Shown here: piece by piece, positions 9,152 to 18,809 of the stretch | Position numbering within the stretch: the first letter of the stretch is position 1 | Layout of the letters: each line of letters starts with the position of its first letter | IMG/VR virus record: IMGVR_UViG_3300031344_000086 | Coordinates: 4,671 to 68,670 of that record | Strand: one strand, 5' to 3' | Source of the DNA: a virus | DNA length: 64,000 nt | Translations under genes and position numbers: made by a program | The notes under the pieces: model-generated | What the model was told of the DNA's origin: nothing | What the model saw: only the letters and a program-made list of their open reading frames with translations | Database searches by the model: none

Positions 9152-10338
9152 TGAACAATAAATCAATAATTTTGGGGGACCCCCATTTAGGAGCACAGTC
9201 AGTATCTGGTAAGCCGGTAATTGGAAATCAATTAAATTCAAGGGTTATAGACCAGTTCAAGATTTTGGATTGGGTTCTCAATCAAGCGATTGATAATGAA
9301 ATTAATACAATAATAATAACCGGTGATCTTTTTGATGTTCCAACACCAAGTAGTTCAATTATAGTTTTATTGATTGAATGGTTAAAACGGTGCTCTGATA
9401 ATCATATTAGTGTTCATATATTATTAGGAAATCACGATCTTTTAAGATCGGGTCAACATCAAGTTTCGGCATTAGATATAATAAACAGTGCGGAAATAGA
9501 GAGTGTTTTCATTCATAAAACGATAAACACTATCCATATGAATGGAGTTTCTTATACAATGCTGCCATTCCGCGATAGACGATCATTTAATGTAAATACT
9601 CATGATGAGGCTGTATCCATACTCAGAGATAAATTACCATATGAGTTGGCTGAAATAAGTCGTCATAATATGAAAGTTGCAGTTGGGCATTTAGCATTGG
9701 AAGGTTCGATCCCAGCATTGAATGAAATTGATGATACTATAAACGAACTATTTTGTCCAATAAATATGTTTAAGGATTATGATTACACGTTTTTTGGTCA
9801 TATACATGCGTTCCAAGAATTAAGCGGATCTCCGTTTGTCGCGCACATTGGGTCTATGGATATCTCCAACTTCGGAGAGTCAAAACAAGATAAATATATA
9901 GTTATTATAGACCCTGATAATTCACCACACCATACGTACGTGCGCATACCCACGCGTCGATTAAATCAAGTATCAATATCCGTTCCTGAAAATATTACTG
10001 ATGCAACGGCGTATGTACTTCAAGAATTAAAAGACAATAAGCAGGACTTGGCTAAATCCATTGTAAAACTTAATATTACATTGGATAGTCAAGACGTGAT
10101 AAATGTTGATCGAGGTATAATAGAAAAATATCTAAATGATCTTGGAACGTTTCATGTATCAAGAATCAGTGAAGAGCGTAAAGTATCAACGATAAAGAAA
10201 AACACTGAATTGGATGGAATTGATAACACTATAAATCCAGCAACGGCAATCAGGTTATATGCGGAAGAGAATGTTGATCAGGATATTAAAGAAGAGTTTA
10301 TTCAGTTAGCTAATGAGATCGTAAAGGAAGCGGTATGA
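9151..10338 (+). CDS. sbcD: SbcD/Mre11-like metallophosphoesterase nuclease
   Basis: GDPHLG, GDLFD, GNHD, GHL and GHIH motifs; adjacent to an SMC ATPase. Confidence 0.9.
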   Translation: MNNKSIILGDPHLGAQSVSGKPVIGNQLNSRVIDQFKILDWVLNQAIDNEINTIIITGDLFDVPTPSSSIIVLLIEWLKRCSDNHISVHILLGNHDLLRSGQHQVSALDIINSAEIESVFIHKTINTIHMNGVSYTMLPFRDRRSFNVNTHDEAVSILRDKLPYELAEISRHNMKVAVGHLALEGSIPALNEIDDTINELFCPINMFKDYDYTFFGHIHAFQELSGSPFVAHIGSMDISNFGESKQDKYIVIIDPDNSPHHTYVRIPTRRLNQVSISVPENITDATAYVLQELKDNKQDLAKSIVKLNITLDSQDVINVDRGIIEKYLNDLGTFHVSRISEERKVSTIKKNTELDGIDNTINPATAIRLYAEENVDQDIKEEFIQLANEIVKEAV

Positions 10339-12491
10339 AACCATTAAAGCTAATCCTCAAAGATTTTTGTGGGCATAGTGATAGCGAAATTAACTTCGAT
10401 GATTTTAATTGTGCATTAATTACTGGTAAAATTCGTGGCAATGAACGTGGTAGTAATGGTAGTGGAAAGAGTACGATATTCGGTTCTATACGTTTTGTTT
10501 TATTTAATCAAACAGACTATTCATCATTAGACAAGGTAATTCGTAAAACAACGCAAAAATGCACAGTTTCGTTCGATTTTGTATCAAGTTTTGATAATCA
10601 AATATATCGTATTACTCGTTCCCGACACATTAAAACTGGCTCAGACGTTCGTCTTTTCTGTAAAGAAAATGATGAATGGAATGATTTAACTCAGCGAACA
10701 AATTCACAAACAGAACAAGAAATACAGAAAATAATAAAAATAAACTACAAGACATTTTGTAATTCTGCATTCTTCGGTCAAATGGATCTGACAGGATTGG
10801 CGTCATCAACGCCATCGGCTCGTAAGAAAATACTCAAAGAGATTTTAGATTTAAGTGTATATGGTAAGTATGAAAAAATAGCCAGCAAAAAACTATCAGA
10901 TTTAGTAAAAGAAATAGAAAAAAATAAAACTATTCTTTCAACAATTGGTTCACCTGAAAATGATATTCAACAATTTACCTTAGAGTTGTTGGAACTATCC
11001 ACGTTGGCTAATAATAAAAACAATTCAGCATTGGTCTTAAAAGACAAGTATGATACTGAAAGTAATAAATATCTTTCATTGACGAAAGAATTAGAAATAC
11101 TCGAAAAAGATACAAAAGAATACTTACTTAAGTATAAATCACTAGAAAATGATACCATTAAGTTTTTCAATATAGTAAAAGAATATGATAAAAAGGTATC
11201 ATCGATCAAAGACAATGGTACTTCTTTAATAAAAGAAGTAAAAAATCTTAAAGATGAGATATCTAAAATTAATCTTTCTGCGTTCCGTGCAAAAGATATA
11301 ATAAAACAGGATATAGAAAATCTATCAAAAGATATAATTGAAAATAAAGCATCAGTAAATTATTCTAATTCTAAGTTAATCGAATTAAAAATACCATTAC
11401 CATCGGGCGGTAAATGCAAACATTGCCGTCGCATTATAACGGAGGATGAGGTAAAATCTTGTCAAGAGGCAATTGATCAGGAAATAAAAGATTACACTAA
11501 TAAGATTAAGCTAGCACAAGAAAATATAGTATTATTAAATAACCAAGATAAAAAACTGAAAGAAGAATTACAGCAATCAGAAAATATCATAGTGTTGCTA
11601 ACAAGTAAAAATCAGCAGTTAGAAAATAAAGAAAAAGAGATAGAAACAAAGAAATCAGTTTTTGTTGAGTTCAATAATCTTTTAGAAAAAGCAAAAATAG
11701 AGCACGGTAATAAACAACAAGAGTTTGATTTATTTATATCAAATAAGCCACAAGATAATTCGGATATAACAAATAATCTAAAATTAGAAATATCAAATAT
11801 AAAAAATAAAATATCGTTAGTTTCACAAGAAATAGAGATAATAAATAAAGAGATATCTGGTATATCAAATAAATCAGCCGTTCTAAATCATAAGATAGAA
11901 CAAAGAACATTAGATATAGCAAAAATAAAAGAATATAAAGAGATTATATCGGTCTTAGAAAAGAAGTATACTATTCATAGTAAAGTGGTTTCAGCATTCG
12001 GTAGTAAAGGTATTCCTGCATTAATAACAAAAACTATCCTTGATGATTTTATGTATGAAACAAATCAATACATATCTAAATTACATCCTGGTATTGTTAT
12101 GCAGTTTATAATTGAAAAAGAGCGAACCGATGGCGACAAGGATGATACGCTCGATATTCAATTTTTAATGAATAACGACACGTTCGAGTATGAACAGCTC
12201 TCCGGCGCGCAGAAGCTAATTGTAGCATTAGCCCTGAGGCTTGGGTTGGCATCCGTGCTCACCAAGCGCCTTGGTGTGTCGATGCAGATGTTATTGATTG
12301 ACGAAGTAGATCAGTGTCTTGATGATATTAATGTTGAGTTTTTCGAAGAAGTGATAAAGAAACTAAGTCAAGAAATGAAAGTTCTTGTAATAACACATAA
12401 TAAAGACTTGAAAACAAAATTTAATCACGTTATAGTTGTAGAGCAGGATGAAAACTTCGTATCAACGGCAAAGGTAGCAAATGATTGGTAA
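10335..12491 (+). CDS. sbcC: SbcC/Rad50-like SMC ATPase
   Basis: Walker A NGSGKST, long coiled coil with CKHC zinc hook, LSGAQ signature, LLIDE Walker B, ITH. Confidence 0.92.
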   Translation: MKPLKLILKDFCGHSDSEINFDDFNCALITGKIRGNERGSNGSGKSTIFGSIRFVLFNQTDYSSLDKVIRKTTQKCTVSFDFVSSFDNQIYRITRSRHIKTGSDVRLFCKENDEWNDLTQRTNSQTEQEIQKIIKINYKTFCNSAFFGQMDLTGLASSTPSARKKILKEILDLSVYGKYEKIASKKLSDLVKEIEKNKTILSTIGSPENDIQQFTLELLELSTLANNKNNSALVLKDKYDTESNKYLSLTKELEILEKDTKEYLLKYKSLENDTIKFFNIVKEYDKKVSSIKDNGTSLIKEVKNLKDEISKINLSAFRAKDIIKQDIENLSKDIIENKASVNYSNSKLIELKIPLPSGGKCKHCRRIITEDEVKSCQEAIDQEIKDYTNKIKLAQENIVLLNNQDKKLKEELQQSENIIVLLTSKNQQLENKEKEIETKKSVFVEFNNLLEKAKIEHGNKQQEFDLFISNKPQDNSDITNNLKLEISNIKNKISLVSQEIEIINKEISGISNKSAVLNHKIEQRTLDIAKIKEYKEIISVLEKKYTIHSKVVSAFGSKGIPALITKTILDDFMYETNQYISKLHPGIVMQFIIEKERTDGDKDDTLDIQFLMNNDTFEYEQLSGAQKLIVALALRLGLASVLTKRLGVSMQMLLIDEVDQCLDDINVEFFEEVIKKLSQEMKVLVITHNKDLKTKFNHVIVVEQDENFVSTAKVANDW

Positions 12492-13113
12492 TCGTCAATT
12501 GAGAATTGGGCTAAGCGGAAAAGCGAAAACCGGAAAAAATACAGTTGCTGATCTAATAGTTACACATTTAGATTTAAATCGAGATGAATATAGAATAAGA
12601 GCATTCGCAGATCCAATGAAGGAAATTATGAAAATTATGTTTCCGGGTGCTGATAATGAATGCTTGTATGGAGCAAGTGAATTAAGGGAAAAGGTAATAT
12701 CAAACAAATTCCTTAATAGAGATTTTCATAGAAAACCCTTAACATATCGAAGCGGGCTAACAGATATAGGTAAGTACGCGCGTGAGTATAATGAAAATAT
12801 ATGGATATATAATTTAGATTATGATTTAAATAATTGGGTACCTAATATAGATCGTACATCAAGCAGTAGATATAAGTCAGCATATATAGTTTCTGATTGT
12901 AGATTTATTAATGAATTTAATTACTTACGTGAGCAAGGGTTTTACCTAATTAGGATTTTACGAAAAGGAACTAATAGTGGAGTTGATGTTTCAGAAGTAG
13001 AACAAGAACAAATACCAAATGAAAGTTTTGATAAAGTAATACATAATGATTATTCGATTGATGTGTTGTCAGAAGAGGTTAGGCAGATAATGAATGAATT
13101 GCGTATAAAATAG
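12481..13113 (+). CDS. deoxynucleoside monophosphate kinase (T4 gp1-like)
   Basis: IGLSGKAKTGKNT P-loop, AFADPMK, IVSDCRFINE. Confidence 0.85.
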   Translation: MIGNRQLRIGLSGKAKTGKNTVADLIVTHLDLNRDEYRIRAFADPMKEIMKIMFPGADNECLYGASELREKVISNKFLNRDFHRKPLTYRSGLTDIGKYAREYNENIWIYNLDYDLNNWVPNIDRTSSSRYKSAYIVSDCRFINEFNYLREQGFYLIRILRKGTNSGVDVSEVEQEQIPNESFDKVIHNDYSIDVLSEEVRQIMNELRIK

Positions 13114-13125
13114 TATTATACTACA

Positions 13126-14148
13126 ATGTCAGTCATTAATATTACTATAACGGCAAGCACAACTCAAACTATTCCAGGCATTCCTGATACTATATCTCTT
13201 AGTACAAATGAGCCTGCCACCATTTTTTTCAGTCTTGATGGTTCAATACCAAATACATTTTCGCCAGTTTATACGGTTCCAATTATTATGCCACAAACAT
13301 TATTAAATGTTGTGTTAAATGTATTCGCTACAAACGGTGTAGATAATTCGGCAATCATAACACAAACATATTCAACAACACCAGATCAATTACCAGCATA
13401 TGCCGTTGGAGCGAGAGTATCACGTTCCGCTACAACAAATCTGAATAATGCAAGCTCAACAAACAGCTTATATCCGTTCGGAACAGATGGTCAAAATACT
13501 AATTTTCAATATACAGGAACTCAAAATGCTGGCGTGACGGTTTATAATGAATCACAGCCTGCAACACCATCAGGTTTCGATGGAAGCGGTAATCCAGCTG
13601 GTTTCGTAAATAATCCTTCATCAGTCAATAATAAGTTTAAACAAATATATTCTACTACAAATGCAGAAGGTGAAGTCAAAATTGGTGTTGGTAATCTTCC
13701 AGCTAAAACAAGAATAATTGGTAAATCTGCTCCAATGGAATATACACAGGAGCAGAGCAGCACAAGTGATAAAATCTTTAATCCAAGAGCGCTGGTTGTT
13801 TACCAAGATACAACCACAGAAGACCCAACAAATCCAGTAATAATAAATAGAGGTGATTTTAGTTTAGAAAACACAGAGATAGTAAGAGACGGCGTAATGC
13901 TTATGAATACCGCATTAGATAGTCCACCAACACAAGGATCATTCGTTAGAAGAGAGTTTAATCCACGAACTCAAATGTGGACTTGCTATTATAGAGATAA
14001 TACGGTTAATCGTTGGATTATATCTTCGTTCCCTCATCAGCCAACCAAACAGGATGTTGGAGCATTGTATAACATGGTGTTTCCTCGCGAACACGGCGCT
14101 GGCATGGTGTTCAAATGGGTATGGAATCAGAGAGTAGTTTTACATTAA
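13126..14148 (+). CDS. hypothetical Thr/Asn-rich protein with N-terminal Fn3-associated/chitobiase-C-like domain, possibly a virion protein
   Basis: ISLSTNEPATIFFSLDGSIP....YT.PI motif. Confidence 0.55.
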   Translation: MSVINITITASTTQTIPGIPDTISLSTNEPATIFFSLDGSIPNTFSPVYTVPIIMPQTLLNVVLNVFATNGVDNSAIITQTYSTTPDQLPAYAVGARVSRSATTNLNNASSTNSLYPFGTDGQNTNFQYTGTQNAGVTVYNESQPATPSGFDGSGNPAGFVNNPSSVNNKFKQIYSTTNAEGEVKIGVGNLPAKTRIIGKSAPMEYTQEQSSTSDKIFNPRALVVYQDTTTEDPTNPVIINRGDFSLENTEIVRDGVMLMNTALDSPPTQGSFVRREFNPRTQMWTCYYRDNTVNRWIISSFPHQPTKQDVGALYNMVFPREHGAGMVFKWVWNQRVVLH

Positions 14149-14211
14149 AAATTGTTGTTTTTTACCGTAAAAATATGTATAAAGTGATATATTTATACGT
14201 AGGAGATTTAC

Positions 14212-15096
14212 GTGAAAAAGACAGTTAAAATATGCACAAAATGTAAACAAGAAAAGCCAGAAGAAGAATGGCAACCATCACAATTTAAAAGATCATCTGG
14301 ATTATGTCGTATGTGTAAAAACGAATTAGATCGTGAGTATAGATTAAATAATTTAAATACTGTTAGGGAAAAAGATAAAAAAAGATATAAAAAAAGAAAA
14401 GAAGATTTTGTAAATACATACGAAAATAAAATATGCACAAATTGTGGAGAAGATAAAAAAGAACAAGACTATTCGGTATCAGAATATATACAAATAAGTT
14501 CAATTTGTAAGATATGTGTTGCCTATTCTACGGAAGAATATAGAAACAAAAATAGAGAGATGTTGAGACAAAAAGCGAAAGAATACAGAGATTCTTTTTC
14601 GGAAGAGGATAGGTCTAATAAGTTAGAATATGATAAGTTGTATTATCAAAATAATAAACAGGAAATAAATAAGCGACATGCAGAATATGTATGTGAAAGA
14701 ATAAAAATAGATCCAATATTTAGGTTTAGACTGCTTGTATCTGGTAGTATTCGTAAAGTATTTAAAGAACGCGGAGTATCTAAAAATAAATCTTCTTGTT
14801 GGGCAAAACTTCCATATACACCAGAGGAGTTAATTCAGCATATTGAATTATTATTCGAGCCGTGGATGAATTGGGAAAATCACGGAGATTACATATTCGA
14901 AACTTGGGATGATAAAGATCCATTAACATGGAAGTGGCAATTAGATCATAAAGATCCTCATTCAGATTTTCCATACGACAGCCTTGACCATCATAATTTT
15001 CAATTAGCGTGGGCGCTATCTAACTTGCGTCCGTATTCAGCCAAACAGAATATCATTGATGGCTCCCGCCGTGCTAGGCATGCTGAAAAGAAATAA
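14212..15096 (+). CDS. free-standing HNH-type homing endonuclease
   Basis: Two N-terminal Zn-finger units, WQLDHKDPHS...NLRPY...N; paralog of 5573-6364; GTG start after AGGAG. Confidence 0.75.
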   Translation: MKKTVKICTKCKQEKPEEEWQPSQFKRSSGLCRMCKNELDREYRLNNLNTVREKDKKRYKKRKEDFVNTYENKICTNCGEDKKEQDYSVSEYIQISSICKICVAYSTEEYRNKNREMLRQKAKEYRDSFSEEDRSNKLEYDKLYYQNNKQEINKRHAEYVCERIKIDPIFRFRLLVSGSIRKVFKERGVSKNKSSCWAKLPYTPEELIQHIELLFEPWMNWENHGDYIFETWDDKDPLTWKWQLDHKDPHSDFPYDSLDHHNFQLAWALSNLRPYSAKQNIIDGSRRARHAEKK

Positions 15097-15131
15097 AATT
15101 AATATCTTACAGCTTACGCTATAAAATCTGC

Positions 15132-15142
15132 TGATATATAAT
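15132..15142 (+). promoter_or_regulatory. representative TGATATA(T) promoter box overlapping a sigma70-like -10
   Basis: Also at 4134, 14185, 28330 (GATATATA), 31232, 34669, 42964 and 55562, each within about 60 bp upstream of a start codon. Confidence 0.55.
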
Positions 15143-15148
15143 ACTAGA

Positions 15149-15979
15149 ATGTCAGTAGAACAAACAGAAAATATAATTAAAAAATTAAAACTCAGTGTTT
15201 CAAAAGTCAAGACGTTTTCGCAGTGTAAGAAAAAATACTACTATACATACGAAATGAAGCTTCCTCGTAAAACTTGGGCGTTTCATACGCTTGGTAAGTT
15301 CGTTCACTTAGTACTTGAGGAGTTTCATAAATCATTTTTGAATGGTACGGATGAGCCGCTCCATGTCGTAATGGGTCGGGCATACAGAGTTGCTATGAAA
15401 GAGTTCGGAAAATCAATGTCCGAAGATAGTAAAAAAGAAGCGTTTGCTATGATAGATGCTTATTTACAAAAAATAACTAATGAAAAGCATACATTAAAAG
15501 ATGTAATCGCAGTAGAGAAAAACTTCAGTTTTCCTATAACAGATCATATTATATTGAACGGTATGATTGATAAAATACAGATTGATCATGATGGTATATT
15601 AAATGTTGGAGATTACAAGACAACAAGGGATAAAAAATATCTTTTAAATGATTGGCTTCAATTACAGACATATGCATACGTGCTTGCGACCGAAGATTCT
15701 AGTATAAAACAAATACGAGGATCGTATATATTAGTTCGCCATGGGTTCGAGCGTATCGAAAAAGTTTTTAATATAGATGAGATTATGCAAATAAAAGATC
15801 AATTCGAGTCTTATGCAAAAGACATAGAGGACGAACAATTATGGGAAGCAACTCCCACACGATTGTGTGGCTACTGCGATCATTTAGCGATATGTAAAGA
15901 GGGATCGGAGTTTATGAACAAAATTAATAGAAACACTAATACATTTAGTGATACAAATCATGGTGAAGTGAAATGGTAA
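15149..15979 (+). CDS. PD-(D/E)XK nuclease (RecB/AddB/Cas4-like)
   Basis: LSVSKVKTFSQC, GKFVHLVLE, GMIDKI...DYKT, QLQTY, C-terminal CGYCDHLAIC. Confidence 0.85.
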   Translation: MSVEQTENIIKKLKLSVSKVKTFSQCKKKYYYTYEMKLPRKTWAFHTLGKFVHLVLEEFHKSFLNGTDEPLHVVMGRAYRVAMKEFGKSMSEDSKKEAFAMIDAYLQKITNEKHTLKDVIAVEKNFSFPITDHIILNGMIDKIQIDHDGILNVGDYKTTRDKKYLLNDWLQLQTYAYVLATEDSSIKQIRGSYILVRHGFERIEKVFNIDEIMQIKDQFESYAKDIEDEQLWEATPTRLCGYCDHLAICKEGSEFMNKINRNTNTFSDTNHGEVKW

Positions 15980-16001
15980 TTTATAAAGGAAAGATATAAA
16001 A

Positions 16002-17243
16002 ATGCAAATCCAATTACAAGAAACTGAATACTGCAAAATCCTCGTTCAAGTTGAAGCCGATCAAAATGAAATCAACGAAAAACGAAATGAAGTAATAACT
16101 AAATTTAAGGGATATAAAGTTCCGGGCTTCCGTAAAAATAAGGCTACACCGGAAGCAATAAAAACTCACTTCAAAAAAGAAATACAAAATGCCCTAACAC
16201 AGGAATTGGCAGAGGCTGCGGTTCAACATACATTATTCGAAAAAGATGTAAAGCCATTCGGTCGCCCCCAATTTACACAAATAAAATTAGATAACAATAA
16301 GTTTAGTTGTGAGTTTTCGCTTCACAAACAACCAGATTTTGAGCTAAAAACATATAAAGATTTTGAGATCCCAAAACCAGCAGTCGGTATATCAGCCGAC
16401 GAACTTGGAGCAAAAATGCTTCAAGAACTACGAGATCGTAATGGTATTACAACAGCATACGGTGAAGATGACGTTGTTCAAATGGGTGATAATGTTGTCA
16501 TTGACTATCAGGCATTCAAAGATGGAGTTGCTATTGAAAGTTTCAAAAATGCTGGCGAATTGGTTAGCGTTGGTAAAATTGATATTCCGGGCTTCAGCGA
16601 GAATATACTTGGTATGAAAGCCGGGGAAACAAGAGAGTTTGAGCTATTATTCGATGCTAAAATTAAACCAGAGTATAATAATCAGATACTTAAGTTTGAA
16701 GTAAAATTACATATGGGTAGTAAAGTATCACCAGCCGCATTGGATGATGACTTGGCTAAGTCGGTTGGGTTAGAGTCATTGAATGCATTGATGGAAAATG
16801 TTAATACTATGGCTGGAAACCGCGTAAAAGAATTAGAGAAAGCGCAAGTTGTTGATCAAATTGCAAAACGATTGGTGGAGAGTCATGACTTCCTCATTCC
16901 TGATTGGATATCAGTAGCAGAAGCTCAAATAAATGCGCGTAATAATAGAAAAGACTGGAATACAATATCAGATCAAGAAAAAGAGGTTTTCATAGCCTCG
17001 GCTGAAAATAATATTAAGTTGTCGCTCGTGCTTGATAAAATTAGGGGAGTAGAGTTGGACGCGCAACTTGGTCAAGAAGAATTATTGAAAATAGCCCAAG
17101 CTAATCTACAACAACACACACAAGAGCCTCAAAAGGTGTTTGAGGAATTATATAAAAATGGTCAGTTGGGATTATTTTTAAATAGAATAAAAGATGAATT
17201 TACGCTTGAATTTTTAAGTAAAAATTGTAAAATTATTGAATAA
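16002..17243 (+). CDS. tig: trigger factor
   Basis: Ribosome-binding signature VPGFRKNKA; FKBP domain (GDNVVIDY..., IPGFSENILGMKAGE); helical C domain; 413 aa. Confidence 0.9.
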   Translation: MQIQLQETEYCKILVQVEADQNEINEKRNEVITKFKGYKVPGFRKNKATPEAIKTHFKKEIQNALTQELAEAAVQHTLFEKDVKPFGRPQFTQIKLDNNKFSCEFSLHKQPDFELKTYKDFEIPKPAVGISADELGAKMLQELRDRNGITTAYGEDDVVQMGDNVVIDYQAFKDGVAIESFKNAGELVSVGKIDIPGFSENILGMKAGETREFELLFDAKIKPEYNNQILKFEVKLHMGSKVSPAALDDDLAKSVGLESLNALMENVNTMAGNRVKELEKAQVVDQIAKRLVESHDFLIPDWISVAEAQINARNNRKDWNTISDQEKEVFIASAENNIKLSLVLDKIRGVELDAQLGQEELLKIAQANLQQHTQEPQKVFEELYKNGQLGLFLNRIKDEFTLEFLSKNCKIIE

Positions 17244-17270
17244 ACAAATAGAAAGAAATAGGTAAATAAA

Positions 17271-17558
17271 ATGAGTGATAATAAAGATTTTCCAGCAAAA
17301 TTATTAAAGAAATTGAGCCCAGAGTTCGTTGACGCAGTCAATGGTTTAAGTGATGAAGAAATTAAGGCTCGTATTCTCACGTGTGAAGGTAATTTATATG
17401 AGATTGCTTCCGCCAAAGAAAACGATGAAAAACTTAATGGTGCCAAAGAAATTGTTAAGGATTTAGGTAAACCGTATTCAGAATCAAAGGCTTCCGAAAA
17501 TGCAAAAATCCAGTTCTGCATTTTTACACTTGAAAGCCGTGGGATTAATTTAAATTAA
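17271..17558 (+). CDS. hypothetical protein
   Basis: 95-aa ORF with RBS. Confidence 0.65.
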   Translation: MSDNKDFPAKLLKKLSPEFVDAVNGLSDEEIKARILTCEGNLYEIASAKENDEKLNGAKEIVKDLGKPYSESKASENAKIQFCIFTLESRGINLN

Positions 17559-17782
17559 TGAGAAAATTATTCGAAGATAAATGTATATATTCATCCAAGG
17601 AAATACATGAACAAGCATATTATGGAGATATATGTCCAGACTGTAATGCGTTGTTAGAGTGGGAAAATCATAGTTGTAGAGCACCGCTGGAAGGTGGATA
17701 TATGTTAGCTACTTGTGATTGTCCAGAAGGCAAAAACGTAATTAGAATGTATGTAGAAACCGTCAAAATAACTAGAAACTAA
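17558..17782 (+). CDS. small zinc-ribbon protein
   Basis: CPDC...CDC. Confidence 0.55.
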   Translation: MRKLFEDKCIYSSKEIHEQAYYGDICPDCNALLEWENHSCRAPLEGGYMLATCDCPEGKNVIRMYVETVKITRN

Positions 17783-17798
17783 TAGAAAAATAAATAAA

Positions 17799-18338
17799 AT
17801 GAAATTATTATGGCTAGATATAGAAACAACAGGATTAGATCCTCAAAAAAATGAAATACTTGAAATTGCAATAGCGGAAGCAGAATTAACTGATCCGTTT
17901 AATGCAAAATTGATTTACGACGCACCCGTATTTTTCCCGGCTCGCCCAAATCAAAAATGGGAACAGTTAGATAAATTTATTATTGACATGCACACTAAGA
18001 ATGGATTATTCGAAGCGTGTATAAATGGTAAAGATATTAAGCAAATACAACAAGAGTTATTAGAATTAGTTCCAGTAGTTGAAAATAAAGAGGAGAAGCC
18101 AACATTAGCAGGCTCATCTATTCATTTTGATCACAGTTTTATTCGCGTTCATATGCCAGAGTTTGCTAAACGATTGTCCCATAGACACATGGATATTTCA
18201 GCGATTAAATTATTTTGCCAATCACAGGGAGCAAAACCATTCCCAAAGGCAGAAGCACATAGAGCAAAAGATGATATTTATGAAAGTATTGCCCATGGGC
18301 AAGTGTGCAAAGAATGGTTAAAAAATAATCTAAAATAA
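17799..18338 (+). CDS. orn: oligoribonuclease (DEDDh exonuclease)
   Basis: LWLDIETTGLDP, DMHTKNGL, LAGSSIHFD, HRAKDDIYESI. Confidence 0.88.
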   Translation: MKLLWLDIETTGLDPQKNEILEIAIAEAELTDPFNAKLIYDAPVFFPARPNQKWEQLDKFIIDMHTKNGLFEACINGKDIKQIQQELLELVPVVENKEEKPTLAGSSIHFDHSFIRVHMPEFAKRLSHRHMDISAIKLFCQSQGAKPFPKAEAHRAKDDIYESIAHGQVCKEWLKNNLK

Positions 18339-18349
18339 AAGGTTAGTGA

Positions 18350-18517
18350 ATGAAAAACAAATATGGTGAAAATATAAGTCCGTACGATTTAGGCGCTGGT
18401 GGAGGATTACCTCGTTTAAAACGAAAAATACTGAAAAAAATACGAGAACAAGAAAAGGATGAGGATCGAAACGATAGTTCTCCATATATGCCACGAAAGA
18501 CGCCGTGGCGACCGTAA
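18350..18517 (+). CDS. small hypothetical protein (55 aa, MKNKYGENISPYDLGAGGGLPRLKRKIL...); not in the ORF track
   Basis: Fills the gap on the + strand; AAAGG upstream. Confidence 0.5.
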   Translation: MKNKYGENISPYDLGAGGGLPRLKRKILKKIREQEKDEDRNDSSPYMPRKTPWRP

Positions 18518-18795
18518 AAAAAACTATACTCAATACAGCATCTTGTAGCAAATGTAATAAAGGTCAGATTTTATTGGAATTAAATGTTCCATTGGATAAG
18601 ACGCATATTAAGTTTTTTGCTGGTTCGCCATTCCTTGAAAATAAATCATATACTAATCTTGGGTTATTTTATATGGAAAGTTTAGATTTAGTTGCAATCG
18701 GACCGTTCGGTTCGAATAGGTTAAATATAAAATGTAAAACGGCTAATTGTAATAATAATATCATAGAGTTAGAAGATATATTAAAACAAATATAA
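18505..18795 (+). CDS. hypothetical protein
   Basis: GTG start; CSKC and C...C pairs. Confidence 0.55.
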   Translation: MATVKKTILNTASCSKCNKGQILLELNVPLDKTHIKFFAGSPFLENKSYTNLGLFYMESLDLVAIGPFGSNRLNIKCKTANCNNNIIELEDILKQI

Positions 18796-18809
18796 ATAAA
18801 AGGGTTCGT

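Noticed and set aside
15149-15979. Cas4 suggesting a CRISPR-Cas locus
   Set aside because: No other cas genes or repeat-spacer array are present; stand-alone PD-(D/E)XK nucleases are common in phage recombination modules.
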